Source: Octopus vulgaris (Eukaryota). Taken from it: a stretch of 64,000 nucleotides of DNA. The stretch covers positions 19,220,001-19,284,000 of the forward strand of contig OX597835.1 in NCBI GenBank assembly GCA_951406725.2, in the 5' to 3' direction. Each line of letters opens with the position of its first letter. Position 1 is the first letter of the stretch. This document shows, piece after piece, positions 28,760-42,018 of this stretch. Position numbers and translations under genes: made by a program. A model generated the notes under the pieces. The model was not told the DNA's origin. It made no database searches and was given only the letters and a program-made list of their open reading frames with translations.

Positions 28760-29820
28760 TGAAAAGTGTAAAAAGAATAGAACCGATTATGTTCAGCAAG
28801 GCACTAGCAATAGAGAAAGAAACAAAAGAGGCCCAAGGAGAGGCATTGCTATTGAAGTGTTGGTGGCGAGATCGATCCTGGACTGATTCTGCAATGCCAA
28901 ACAGGGTGGATGCGTTGGCAGGGCTAGTGCATGTGCTGAAAGAAATAACGGAACTACTGCCGCTCGATGGGTCACAATGGAAGTTGTTCAAAGTGACAAG
29001 AAAGCAACAATTCGGTCGTTGTTGGGGCAAAGTGGATGTACGGAATTTGAGCCCGAGCTGGTGTATACCTCATTTCAGCGGCTCTTCACCCAACTGTTTG
29101 GGACGAATGGCGGTTCGGTGTGCAGGGTGGACTTTATTGCCATCTTCGATGGCATGTCATCACTTTTGGCAAGTGGGGCAAGGCGTTCCGAAATGCCGAT
29201 ACCACCTGCAGAAACACGGGATGTAATGATGGGCTGCACGCTGAGCAAATTGTCTGGCTTGTGTTGCCTGCTCTAAGAGCTTTACTATTATATACCAGAC
29301 ATGTTTGGCGGGCTTTTAGCAGATATCTCACGCAACTGGCAGCAGAATAGGAGATTTCTTAGCTAAGTGAGCCGAGGAGAGGTGGCAATGCCGGGAAAGG
29401 ACCCGAACAAGAGCAGTCAAATAGAAAATTTTTGCTGCTGAATGCAAACTTCAAAATTTTGGCAAAGATGCCTGCGAAAATGTTGGCACTTATGATGCGC
29501 AAACTGGCGCCATCCCAAGCAGATCAATCCAAGACAACCTCCACCTTATGCTACATATCATAATGAGGCTGGCATGGGTGGGGCTTTCATAAATTTGGAT
29601 CAATCTAATGCTTTTAGTAGGGTTGACCACCAATACTTGGCGGCCGGTTTTTGTCCTATTTTCCGTGGCTGTATCACAGCAAGGCACAGCAACATCAGTT
29701 CAGTAGTTCGGGTAAATGTTTATCTATCGGAGCCATTCAGCATCAAGCGCTCGGGCCGTCAAGGCTCTCCCCTCTCATTTCTCCTGTATGTCATAGTTCT
29801 GGGGCCACTTCTTCGGATGT
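28760..29820 (+). pseudogene. L1/Tx1-clade LINE ORF2 reverse transcriptase fragment, frameshifted
   Basis: Motifs LLNANFKILAK, AIPSRSIQDNLHLM, INLDQSNAFSRVDHQYL, SVVRVNVYLSEPFSIKRSGRQGSPLSFLLYVIVLGPLLR; many stops and indels. Confidence 0.88.
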
Positions 29821-30198
29821 ATTAGTATTAAAATATAAAAGAAAAATATAAGGAATGCTTTGATAATATTTGTTCCAACTATTTATATTTAGAACTCACT
29901 GATATCTTATTCGAAATCAACGATTTTGGAATCGGACAACTTAAAACAACGGATGGAGTAATCGATTAGAGCGTCTTTACCCTAAACTTCAGTCTCTTAG
30001 GGCTAAATTAGAAAGAATTTCAATATGGTAGCGTTGTTGTCTTGACGGAAATTGTGGATTCTTTTGGAATTTCTGAAATTGCAGCTTTTTTTCATATAGA
30101 TATGGTCATTGTTCTCGTCACTGCTCTTTAGTTATTCTTCTTATTGTTGCTACAAGCAAGGTGTTGTTGCTGTTTAACAGCAATATATTCGTGGTTGA

Positions 30199-30585
30199 GT
30201 GGAGGCGCAATGGCCCAATGGTTAGGGCAGCGGACTCGCGGTCATAGGATCGTGGTTTCGATTCCCAGATCGGGCATTGTGAGTGTTTATTGACCGAAAA
30301 CACCTAAAAGCTCCACGAGGCTCCGGCAGGGGATGGTGGTGATCCCTGCTGTACTCTTTCACCACAACTTTCTCTCACTCTTACTTCCTGTTTCTGTTGT
30401 ACCTGTATTTCAAAGGGCCGGCCTTGTCACTCTCTGTGTCACGCTGAATATCCCCGAGAACTACGTTAAGTGTGCACGTGTCTGTGGAGTGCTCAGCCAC
30501 TTACACGTTAATTTCACGAGCAAGCTGTTCCGTTGATTCGGATCAACCGAAACCCTCATCGACGTAACCGACGGAGTGCTTCCCC
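30199..30585 (+). mobile_element. SINE family B, full length, tail 1
   Basis: A box TGGCCCAATGG, B box GTTTCGATTCCC; 12-bp TSD attcgtggttga at 30187-30198 and 30586-30597. Confidence 0.93.
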
Positions 30586-30686
30586 ATTCGTGGTTGAACA
30601 GACTTATGGACAGAAGACTCTTTTATTTGGACAATGCTATCGATATTAGTCAACATCTCATTCATTTCGTTTCACTTCTTTTTCAG

Positions 30687-30734
30687 ACCCGAATATACTG
30701 ACGTTGCAAACGCTCAAGCTTTTGTTCTTCATGC
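30687..30734 (+). other. Candidate 48-nt internal exon
   Basis: Acceptor ttcacttctttttcAG and donor GTAAGT; length divisible by 3; two open frames (PNILTLQTLKLLFFM, PEYTDVANAQAFVLH); product not recognised. Confidence 0.45.
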
Positions 30735-31847
30735 GTAAGTCAGCGCTAAACTATATCGCATACTACCACAGACATGCAACTCGAGAAACTCCTGTCTATT
30801 TCTGTACGTACGCATCACATTAATTGCTGAGTCAATTACGAACACTCTCGGCCTTATTCTCAAAGATAACGGTAAGGTCTGAGAGTAGTGCACCGTCTAT
30901 ATCTAGCATGGAGGGCGGCTGCGTTGAGTACACAAAGCAACCATATAACCCGGAAGCGGCTTGTAATCTACAATAGTCAGACATCATTTCCGATGAAGAC
31001 GGGGATAAGAGATGTTTCATCGTTTATTCCTTTTCCTTTGGGACATAAATTTCTTATTTACATTTTCTCTTTCGTTTTGCTGTCAGATAAAAAAATCAAT
31101 TAAATATATAGATTATGCAATATACTTAAAATTATTAACCTATATGACATAGACAAACAAACGGATCAGATTCTTATAAAATAAAGCAAAATAAAGCAGG
31201 AAAACGAAAAAAAAAGAGAGGGTTTACAAATGTAAATACAATCTAATTATAGGTGATTGAGGTATGGAGAAAAATAAATCTACATTTAAAGCAAACTATA
31301 TTTTAAACAATACAACTTTATTCGTTGCAGCCATTAGCTATAAACCCCCACGTTCTAATGTTATGTATGTAAATATGTTTGTGTGCATGTATGCATTTCT
31401 AAATGTATGTATATTATTATGTGAGTATTATTGTATATGTGTTTATATGTAATCAGATTTATCCACCACAAACTAGATATCGCGTAGCGATGCTTCTCTC
31501 ACAACAAAAGATACTGTAATAATGCTTCGGAGAAGGAAATAAAGAGGAATAAAATCTAAATCATAAGAAGGGGAAAAAAAGCACAATTTCAGGAAGAAAA
31601 GGAGACGATATAGGAAAAAAAAGAATGTAAAGAAATCGGTTCAGGAAAGAAATAGAAATAAAAACATGAAAATATATAGCAACTTCTTCATTTCTGCAAA
31701 GAAAATCAATAGTCATCTTTGAGTTGAGAGAGTTTATGGAAGGAAGTGAAAAATACCCTTGAAAATACATTATTTGCGAACAATCCCAGAAAACAAATGA
31801 GGAAATTAAGACAACAACAATAACAGCAACCGCCAAAGCAGCTTTAA

Positions 31848-32036
31848 TAATGATGATGATGATGATGATGCTGATGATGATAATAATAATAATAATAACA
31901 AAAAACCACAGCAACAGTAATGATAATAACGACGAAGATGATGATGATAAGGATGATGACGATGATGATGATGGTAGTGATGGCGGTGGTGGTGGTGGTG
32001 TTAGTTTTGATGGTGGTGGTGGTGGTGATGATGATG

Positions 32037-32075
<39 letters not shown>

Positions 32076-32138
32076 ATGATGATGATGATTATGATGATGA
32101 TGATGATGATTATGATGATGATGATGATGATGATGATT

Positions 32139-32186
<48 letters not shown>
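31848..32186. repeat. (GAT)n/(GGT)n trinucleotide array
   Basis: Direct reading. Confidence 0.95.
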
Positions 32187-32188
<2 letters not shown>

Positions 32189-32582
32189 AATAGTGCCAGA
32201 GGGAATAAGAGTAAGATGATTGCGGGAGGGCTGGTTGTAAAGAAATGTGTATAAAAATACTTTTTTGTTAAGAGAAAGAATGTCAGGTTGGAGAAAAAAC
32301 CCCCCCAAAAATTAATAAAATAATACGAGGAAATGACAAAGGAAAAAGAAAAGGAGTCGTAATTTGGGTAGATGACAGTAAGAATATGAAAGCGACATGA
32401 AAGATAGAAAATCGATTAAACGAATATAAGGTGAAAAAATATGTAGCAGGTAAGGGCAAGTACGGGAGGATAATTACTGAAGGATGCTGTATATGTAATA
32501 ATCGAGTTATTTACTGTTAGTTTTCTGTTAAATAGAATTAAAAAGGCAAAGTCTCTACGGATCCCACAGTTCTATATTTAAG

Positions 32583-32969
32583 AGTAGAGGTGCAATGGCC
32601 CAGTGGTTAGGGCAGCGGTATCGCGGTCGGAGGATCGCGGTTTCGATTCCCAGACCGGGCATTGTGAGTGTTTATTGAGCGAAAACACCTAAAAAGCTCC
32701 ACGAGGATCCGGCAGTGGGTGGTGGTGAACCCTGCTGTACTCTTTCACCACCACTTTCTCTCGCTCTTTCTTCCTGTTTCTCTTGTACCTTTATTTCAAA
32801 GGGCCAGCCTTGTCACACTCTGTGTCACGCTGAATCTCCTCGAGAAATACGTTAAGGGTACACGTGTCTGTGGAGTGCTCAGCCACTTGCACGTTAAAAT
32901 CACGAGCAAGCTGTTCCGTTGATCGTATCAGCTGGGACCCTCATCGTCGCAACCGACGGAGTGCTCCTA
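32583..32969 (+). mobile_element. SINE family B, full length, tail 1
   Basis: Matches 30199 copy; 12-bp TSD tctatatttaag at 32571-32582 and 32970-32981. Confidence 0.93.
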
Positions 32970-32992
32970 TCTATATTTAAGGGAATAGAAAT

Positions 32993-33125
32993 TATGTACA
33001 TTATTTACATTTGACGATATTTGTCCTCATCTTGTTTGTTTTTAATACAACGTTTCGGCTGATATACCCTCCAGCCTTCATCAGGTGTCTTGGGGAAAAT
33101 TTAGAAACTGGGTTCTCATTCCTGG
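32993..33125 (-). mobile_element. Family-F repeat
   Basis: Matches about 21410-21510. Confidence 0.8.
33045..33088 (-). ncRNA. Minimal type I hammerhead ribozyme motif
   Basis: ACAC-CUGAUGA-A-GGCUG-GAGGGUAUAU-CAGCC-GAAAC-GUU^GUAU; intact core, 5-bp stem II. Confidence 0.78.
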
Positions 33126-33229
33126 GTGAAAACAAAAATATTTTGGAAATCTTTCCTTTAAAGGGGTATATTTTTCTTTCGGTATAAGATTCAGGAACAA
33201 TTGTGTAATCACAAAATAATCTAGTGAAA

Positions 33230-33625
33230 TCTTTATATATAAAAGTGAAGTTGTGTGTCTGTCTCCTACGATTTAGATTCCTAACTACTCCCACATTTTG
33301 CGGTGCAGTGTAACCAAAAGCGGGTATCTTATAGTCGTGATTCATATTGAGCCCTTCTGGGTATTAGCGCGCGTCTACGATGAGTCTACGATAAAAAAAA
33401 AATTTACCATCAATTTTTCCCATTTTTAATGCATATTTTTCGCTATTATATAAGGGATGTAACTCTCTAAAAATGTCAACGACGAGTCAACGATTTAAAA
33501 AAAAATTTACCATCATTTTTTTCCATTTTTAATGCATTTTTTTGCTATTTTTTGGCTATAACTCTAAAAATGCTTATATAGTTATTTCCCTTACAAACCC
33601 GAGCAACACCGGGCGATACTGCTAG
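33230..33625 (+). mobile_element. Non-autonomous Helitron
   Basis: A|TC...CTAG|T; hairpin CCCGAGCAACACCGGG near the 3' end; homologous to 10852-11364. Confidence 0.88.
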
Positions 33626-33903
33626 TATATCATAATTTTATAAGGGATGTCATCATGGAGTGAACAATGTTAAGCATATTATTGTTACGCTTAGTGGGGG
33701 AAATGGTATTGTTACTAATTGATTGTTTCTTGATAGGGAGTTTAGTCTGCCGCAACAAAAAAAAACAGTTTTCGTTTTAAAAAGGAATGAAGGTCACTTT
33801 CCGTTTACAGCAAGAAGAAAAGATAATGAAAGTTTTTAAAATTTCTAATTTCGTAAGAACTGACATTTTAACAGAAAGGAGTGATAAACCATATAATCTT
33901 TCT

Positions 33904-34133
33904 GCGAGCTGGCAGAAAGGTTAGCGCGCCGGGCGAAATGCGTAGTCGTTTTTCGTCTGCCGTTACGTTCTTGAGTTCAAATTCTGCCGAGGTCGACTTT
34001 GCCTTTCATCCTTTCGGGGTCGATAAATTAAGTACCAGCTACGCCCTGGGGTCGATGTAATCGACTTAATCCCTTTGTCAGTCCTTGTTTGTCCCCTCTA
34101 TGTTTAGCCCCTTGTGGGTAGTAAAGAAATATA
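33904..34133 (+). mobile_element. SINE family C monomer
   Basis: 14-bp TSD catataatctttct at 33890-33903 and 34134-34147. Confidence 0.92.
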
Positions 34134-34799
34134 CATATAATCTTTCTACCCAAGTCTACCCATTTGTAAACTTAGATAAACTTAGATATGTTTCGACCAA
34201 AGATCGGTCCAGGCTATGTGTAACTTAATAGCACCAGCTGATAGGATTATCTAAATCTTGCTTAAGTCGAGTATTGTTTATAGTCCATTGAAGTAGTGAG
34301 TTCTTGTTGAGTCAGTTGTAACAAGGTATGGCTGGCTTATCCGGTATTCCTTGAAGAAATCTGTCCAGACTCCGTTTAAAGGTGACGAGATCCTTTTCCT
34401 CTTTGATTTCTTTCGGGACAATGTTAGACAGGGCAGGGCCTGTTGAGGAAAAGAAGTTATATATAAAAACGTATAATTTATTTCATTTTGATTGTGAAAG
34501 CTATATTGTGTAACGTATTTTTATAAAGATAAGCAGCGACTATATGGACGTTATGAGATTATTAGTTATAGAGACAAGATAACTTAATATCATAGGATGA
34601 TAATTGGATAGGCTGAGTTACTGTCAATATTTACATTTTAAGTAAAGAGATAACAAATGTATGGTATTTAGATAATTTTCTTCAAATGTATTTATAAAAT
34701 TATTTTCAAATATATCTGACTCATGAATGTTAAAGGAACATATCTTTTGGGGTGCAAAATACGAGAAATTGGGATAACGATTTATTGAGGTAGCTTGGC

Positions 34800-35590
34800 T
34801 TCATGCTCTTAATTAATGGGGCTGGAGTCATTCCAGGTTGCTTGTGCAGGGGCGACATCGTGCGTAGAACCGACCAGGTTCACCAGGGTTCTCCATGGAT
34901 GGCGGTCTTGTGCCAGCCCTTCGGTATCCTCGGAGGTGACGTCGAGCTTCTGGAGGTGTCTCCAATGACGACCTGCCGTCTGGTGTGGGGATTGCCTTAA
35001 GGCGTCTTCCAGCCCACAACTACTGAGTCGAATGGGAGAATCCGTGTAAAATGTATTTCTTTACTACCCACAAGGGGCTAAACACAGAGGGGACAAACAA
35101 GGACAGACAAACAGATTAAGTCGATTACATCGACCCCAGTGCGTAACTGGTACTTTATTTATCGACCCCGAAAGGATGAAAGGCAAAGTCGACCGCAGCG
35201 GAATTTGAACTCAGAACGTAACGGCAGACGAAATACGGATACGCATTTCGCCCGGCGTGCTAACGTTTCTGCCAGTTCGCCGCATTGTAAAATGATCTAG
35301 CGGGAAACGCGCAAACGATGGATAGCTATGGGTTGGGAAGTTGCATCTGATACGTCCTTGGTCTCTGTTCTTTGTTGGAAACATGACATCATCCAATATT
35401 TCCGATGGCTTTCAGGACTCTACAATCGAAACCATCGATACTCTTCGCCGGGGTCTTTGAGAGGGGCGACCTTTCTGCAACATACAGGAGAATGGAAAGG
35501 ATCGATACACTGTAGGTGCGAAGTTTTGTCTTCCGAAATATAGCGGAGGGGCACCAGTGAGACTTCCATAGGGAGCACATGAATCACGTC
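34800..35590 (-). pseudogene. RTE-clade LINE 3' fragment interrupted by a SINE
   Basis: RKTKLRTYSVSILSILLYVAE...IDGFDCRVLKAIGNIGW, and beyond the SINE GWKTP*GNPHTR...EGLAQDRHPWRTLV; these match RTE C-terminal motifs. Confidence 0.85.
35054..35285 (-). mobile_element. SINE family C monomer inside the RTE fragment
   Basis: 9-bp TSD tgtaaaatg at 35045-35053 and 35286-35294. Confidence 0.92.
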
Positions 35591-35965
35591 GGCCAGTCAC
35601 AGGTTCAGTTGGTCTCTGGGAGCAGTACATTGTTTTAACATTCTGAATAAAAAGTAGTTGTCAGCTACTTCATTTACGTCTTATTGGGAAGGTCACAAAT
35701 ATTGATTCTCGTCATATCCCTTAATTCTGAAGATCTTGACTATGCTTATTAGCACAGTTTAGCAGGAAATGCATCATTTATAATATTGTTGCTACTTGGT
35801 CTACCTCAGATCTATACAGACGTAAGCCGTTGGTTCATTGTTGTTAAGCGTTGAGTCCCTACACTGAGCAATTGTCGGCTTTATGATATCACCATAGTAG
35901 GAATGCACACGCATATCACACAAGTCACACACACAAACACACACATATATATGTATGTAACTATG

Positions 35966-36020
<55 letters not shown>

Positions 36021-36024
<4 letters not shown>

Positions 36025-36244
36025 CTTTACTACCCACAAGGGGCTAAACACAGAGGGGACAAACAAGGACAGACAAACGGATGAAGTCGATTACATCGAC
36101 CCCAGTGCGTGACTGGTACTTTATTTATCGACCCCGGAGGGATGGAAGGCAAAGTCGACCTCGGCGGAATTTGAACTCAGAACGTAACGGCAGACGAAAT
36201 ACGGCTACGCATTTCGCCCGACGTGCTAACGATTCTGCCAGCTC
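36021..36244 (-). mobile_element. SINE family C monomer
   Basis: Homology to other C copies; sits in TA/CA microsatellite. Confidence 0.9.
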
Positions 36245-36250
36245 ACACAA

Positions 36251-36385
<135 letters not shown>

Positions 36386-36511
36386 GAGATAGGGGTTGAA
36401 AATTCAACCCACCATGGGATAATATATATCCAATATACTGCCAGATAGGTACCCAACAAGATAGTTATTTCGTTCTTGAAAGGATGGACTTTGTGCAAAC
36501 TTAACTGTATC

Positions 36512-36554
<43 letters not shown>

Positions 36555-36902
36555 ATTAATAGTAATTTTTATTAACTTTTATAGCTTTAGAATTTTATGA
36601 ACTGAACCATGGTTTTAATTATTATTTTTCATCTCCCTATGTGTTAGGTTTTTTTTTAAAAAAATATTAGCCAAATATGTATAATATCGGTACTTATTAA
36701 TATTAATATTAATATATACACTGATATATATTTTGTTTTATTTTGTTCTGTTTACCTTCCTTTATTGTACCAATGTGTATTATATTATATAAGTGTAGCA
36801 TTATGATGTATAAGTTTTTATATTTTACATTTTTATATTTTTATATTTATATGTATATGATTATATAATATTTTTCACAATTATAACAAATTTAATTTAA
36901 TT

Positions 36903-37010
36903 CTCTGAAGAGGCCGTGGGGCATCCTTGTTAATGCCTCATTTATACCTGCCTTTATGGCTTATAGGTTAAATGAGGTATGACTGCCCTCACTGCCGAAA
37001 CAGCTGTCAG
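36903..37010 (+). ncRNA. Type I hammerhead motif with about 85-nt extended stem II
   Basis: CUGAAGA 36905-36911; GGCCGUGGGGCA pairs UGCCCUCACUGCC; inner AUGCCUCAUUUA pairs UAAAUGAGGUAU; GAAAC-AGCU-GUC^ ends 37008; stem I only 2 bp. Confidence 0.72.
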
Positions 37011-37200
37011 TTTTGATTAATTGCATATCATATTTGAAATTTTTTACTTATATCTCTTTATCTTTTTACTATTAATGTATATCTCTTTTTGTATAATGCC
37101 TCTACTCATATGTAATGGTGTATTAAAGTATTGATTGGGTATCATCGGATAGTTGATGTTTTATTGATTTAAGTATGTTTCTCCATTCTCTAATTTTGTA

Positions 37201-37255
<55 letters not shown>

Positions 37256-38283
37256 TATATATACGATATGCCGACATCCACATTCATACTGCGCGTGCTC
37301 AGTCATCCATTTCTTCAATCCAGAGGGATTTGACACACATTCAAATATTCTAAATAGATACTCAACGCACGAAAGAAGAGAGAGATTTACACACGAGCAT
37401 CGATTACTGAAACTTCTCACCACACACGCATATCACCACAAATTATAAGAGACGGCGGCGTCGAATGTGTGCAACATGAACAAACTCTTCCCTGCGTATT
37501 TAATCTGTAGCATACTGTTATTCCTCAATTGAACATCGACGCTAATCGTGTAGACCTATCTTGAAGGATATTCCATGTATGACCAAATCATCGGTGTTTC
37601 GTGTGCAAAGAACACAGAAACACATTATGCAACCTTGTTCTCTTTTTTTTCTTCTAAATACTGGAAATGTAATAAAACAGAGAATTAGCGATTTTGTTTC
37701 AGCCTCGAGCAACGACACACCTGAGCATAGATACGAGCAAATATTTCGTGTGCGTAGTATGTGGATGCTGTCTATGCATTTGTGAGAATTCGTAAATATT
37801 TGCATATATTTGTGTGTGTGTATTATGGTGTGTTGTGTTGTGTGTGTATGTGCGTGTGATTTATGGCGTATTACCACAGATTATAACTTGTCAACGTCAT
37901 TCTGCTTTTTGTCCTATAATATGAATAGAGATTATGAATATTTGATAAAATAAACGTGATGATACATTTACTGTGTGTGAAGTAATGAAGACAAATATGT
38001 ACTTTAGTAGCGTGAGGATTAGTGGGGAGGATATTTATAGCGACATGATAATAATAATATTAGTATTAGTAGTAATGGTATAGCGGAGAAGTCTAATTAA
38101 GTTTAGGAATAATACTTTGATGGATATGTAATGTTAAGCATCTATACGGTGGCGGTGGATGGTGGTTGTTCGTCGTGCTGGTGTTGCTACTAGTGGTGAT
38201 AGTGATGGTGGTGCTGGCAAGCTTTGGGGATGGGTCCTGTTTCTGCTGGTGTTAGTGATTTCTCTATTGTTGTTATTATGTAT

Positions 38284-38497
38284 ACTCTTTTACTTGTTTC
38301 AGTCATTTGACTGCGGCCATGCTGGAGCACCGCCTTTTTTAGTCGAGCAAATCGATCCCGGGACTTATTCTTTGTATGCCCAGTACTTATTCTATCGGTC
38401 TCTTTTGCCGAACCGCTAAGTGACGGGGACCTAAACACACCAGCATCGGTTGTCAAGCAATGCTAGGGGGACACACACAGACACACAAACATACACG

Positions 38498-38553
<56 letters not shown>

Positions 38554-38719
38554 TACGACGGGCTTCTTTCAGTTTCCGTCTGCCAAATCCACTCACAAGG
38601 CTTTGGTCGGCCCGAGGCTATAGTAGAAGACACTCGCCCAAGGTGCCACGCAGTGGGACTGAACCCGGAACCATGTTGTTGGTAAACAAGCCACATACCA
38701 CACAGCCACTCCTGTGCCT
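38284..38719 (-). mobile_element. SINE family A, full length
   Basis: Homology to A copies; possible tatgtat TSD. Confidence 0.9.
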
Positions 38720-39483
38720 ATGTATGATCATAGTTTGATCATTTACTATGATCATCTACTATGTATGATCACAGTTTTGAATTTTTGAAACGCCATGCTG
38801 ATTTTGGTGAAGGCCGTGTTGATGTTAGTATGGTGGTTGTGTTTATGTGGGGAAAATGGCATGTAACTGCCTCATTGGGGGATATTTCAGCGTTTACTGA
38901 GAGTCTTTTGCACAAATTCGGGTTAGTGCATTTTGTGTGCAATGCTTTGTCTTGGATAAATCGTTAAAATTATGACTGAATAATCGAAAACATAAACATG
39001 AATCGTAGCTTGAATTTAAGTGTTATTTCAGCAATACAGCTAAATCTGAGCGACGTTGTTGCCGTAAAAGAAATGGACACATGTCTAGGTAACATGTGGG
39101 ATGACTTCAATGGGGATATGTTAAAACAGATCTCTGTAATTGTTGCGGAAATGTTCCGGTGGAAGTTTTTAATCATATTGTGTCCACGTTTACTCCATCC
39201 ACGCAACTATTATGTTCTTCAAGAAAAATTATAAATGAGAAGTGATGCCGATTTGGAGTTTAATTTTTTGTAGATGAAGGCACAGAGTAGAACCTTTCTA
39301 ATTGATCATTTCTGCGAAATTTCGTGAAATTGTATTTAAAAACAATAATGATTTCAGACAACTAAGAGACGCGATGAATTCAGTGTTAGATGAGAAATAG
39401 TTAATTATTGTTTCTTCGAGAATATCAGAAATAAACGCGGAGAACTTACTACGATAGCCAAATATGGATTTAAAAGTCCGATA

Positions 39484-39633
39484 CAAGGCCAGTATTTTCA
39501 GTATGTTCAGCTGGTACTTATTTTATCGGCCGCAAAGGGTTCAAAGACATCGTCTACCTAGGCGAAATGTGAACTCAGATCGTAATGACAGACAAAACAC
39601 CGTCCAATGTGCTGACGACTCTGGTTGCTCACC
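39484..39633 (-). mobile_element. Degenerate family-C SINE
   Basis: ctggtacttattttatcg...gaactcaga...ctcaccac. Confidence 0.6.
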
Positions 39634-40501
39634 ACTCTACGATAGCAAAATATTGAAGAATCATTATGAGCCCTGCAAAAATAAATGTATTTGTCACTGA
39701 CGTCGTAGCTACAAAGCTAACTGAATTGATTTCAGATAGAAAATTAATGAATCGTGATTCTAATAAAGTGACTTGTTTCAGTGAGAAATACGGCATATTG
39801 GTTTTTGAGAACGCATTGACAATACTAGGAAATTGACGTCAATTTGCGGGCTTAGCATAATGCAGATTTAAATTGTATAATGTAAAAGTTACAATGTAAA
39901 TTTAAATAGGATTTGCGTGTTTTGAAGTGAGGCGATTTAATCAGGTTATATTTAAACTAAATTCATAGAAATAAACCACTTACTGGAAATTCGTCAGTAA
40001 TTTGACAGCGATCACATGATCTGATATGGTATAAGTACTTTTTGCTTAAACGAACTCAGAGTAAAGTTACAGTTCATAGCAGAAGTTAACAGAAAGTCGT
40101 CGCATTAATGAGAATATCGGTAACTGTGAATTGTAAAATAAATTAGCAAAAAGTAAATTTCATACGTTCCAGTAGACGAATAATGAAACGAGCTAACAAT
40201 TTCTTTTCGCTTCGGTTGCTACATACTACTTGAAAGACAGCAGTAAATTGAAAGATTGCACGACCAAAAAATAATCGTAATTTTGAAATAAATTATGACA
40301 AGTGATCTCCGTTGATATTGTGATATGCTGCAGAATTACTGATATCTCACAAAAATATATATAGGTCATTGAATGTGTAGCAACGTAGCAAATTTGTCAT
40401 TACAAATATATTCGAAGGTAATAGCTGCAACACAAAAATTTAAAAGCTGATATAAATTTTAAATTCTAAAAAAGATATATCAATATATTATAGATATTCA
40501 A

Positions 40502-40875
40502 TGGGATGGAAGCACTCCGTCGGTTGGGATGGAAGCACTCCGTCGGGTATGACGATGAGGGTTCCGGTTGATCCGAATCAACGGAACAGCCTGCTCGTGA
40601 AATTAACGTGTAAGTGGCTGAGCACTCCACAGACACGTGCACCCTTAACGTAGTTCTCGGGGATATTCAGCGTGACACAGAGAGTGACAAGGTACAACAG
40701 AAACAGGGAGTAAGAGTGAGAGAAAGTTGTGGTGAAAGAGTACAGCAGAGATCACCACCATCTCCTGCCGGAGCCTCGTGGAACTTTTAGGTGTTTTCGC
40801 TCAATAAACACTCACAACGCCCGGTCTGGGAATCGAAACCGCGATCCTACAACCGCGAGTCCGCTGCCCTAACCA
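40502..40875 (-). mobile_element. SINE family B, tail 1, with duplicated 3' terminus
   Basis: Reverse complement of the 30199 copy; tgggatggaagcactccgtcgg at 40502-40523 and 40525-40546. Confidence 0.9.
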
Positions 40876-41182
40876 TATAACGGCAACCACAAATACATAA
40901 AGATATCCAGGCGATAGTTGCAATTAAACACGGCTGAAAAGGAAAGATAAAACCCAGTGGAATGGGAATGATTCCGGCATGGACTTGAATAGGCATACTA
41001 GTCAATCGATAGAATAATTGTGGTTTCACATCAGTGGGGAGGCTAGTGCCTCGAAGTGTTGTCAAGAGGCAGGCCCCGAAACGTTGCATATTCTCTCCTT
41101 AGGACTCCTGAAACCTTCTGCACTCGGGAGTTTTCGACTTACTGCGGAGGTTTCAATGCACTGCACTTGCACTATGCATAGT

Positions 41183-41226
41183 ATTATTATTATTATAGTT
41201 GTTGTTGTTATCATTATTACTACTAC

Positions 41227-41301
<75 letters not shown>

Positions 41302-41347
41302 CATTGTCATTATTATTATTATTGTTGTTGTTGTTGTTGTTGTTGTA
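41183..41347. repeat. (TTA)n/(TTG)n microsatellite
   Basis: Direct reading. Confidence 0.95.
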
Positions 41348-41640
41348 ACATATAGTATAATTATAAACAGGGCAAAAAGTGAACAATCATGATCGATGTT
41401 CGAATCTTACTGGGTTCTCATCAGAGGTGCCTACATTATCCTGAAATGCTTTTGAGTTGCGTGTATTTACTATATATACATAATTGAGTTGAAAACTGTC
41501 TTATGACATTTCACTTAACGTCTATGTCCACTGCTTGCATGGATTAGAGAGTTATTAATGTAGAAATTTGGTATCTCAGCTACTAGCATTTGAAACTCAC
41601 GAAATCTAGAAGATGTTTTTAAATTTCATTATTGTCTTTA

Positions 41641-41669
41641 ACCCGAGCAACGCCGGGTATTACTGCTAG
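41641..41669 (+). mobile_element. Isolated Helitron 3' terminus
   Basis: acccgagcaacgccgggtattactgCTAG|t, nearly identical to the 3' ends of the two Helitron copies. Confidence 0.7.
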
Positions 41670-42018
41670 TATGGTATAATTATAAACCGGGCAAATTTTA
41701 AAGCCATTTGTCTGTAGACTGAAAAAAATTATGAACAACCTTAATCGATTTTCAAACCTTATTGGGTACTTTTCAGAGGCGGCTGCATCATTCTGACAGT
41801 CACCAGTGAACCAAACAGCTAAACTGTTCATATACTCGACAAATGCAGCAGTTTCTCTATGAAAGAGTCCTTAATTTGCATAACGAAAATGTTTAGTACT
41901 CTATAAATACCAATCGGCCTTTCAACGGGGATGTTAGTCCACACAGTATCATGGTTTGATATAATAAATATGTAACATGTCATATAATTATGGCAATTCT
42001 TTAGCCATTTCTGCGCAA

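Noticed and set aside
28098-28886. Longest ORF (262 aa)
   Set aside because: Poly-F/S/Y from trinucleotide repeats running into a LINE relic
30199-30275. tRNA-like sequences with A/B boxes
   Set aside because: SINE heads followed by SINE bodies and TSDs; no complete cloverleaf established
31844-32308. Poly-D/M/I ORFs
   Set aside because: (GAT)n array; no splice or domain support
38800-39250. Possible Tc1 transposase relic
   Set aside because: Only faint C-terminal resemblance; no DDE motif or TIR readable
41025-41090. Hairpin followed by GAAACGTT, hammerhead-like
   Set aside because: No CUGANGA core or stem I; at best a decayed copy
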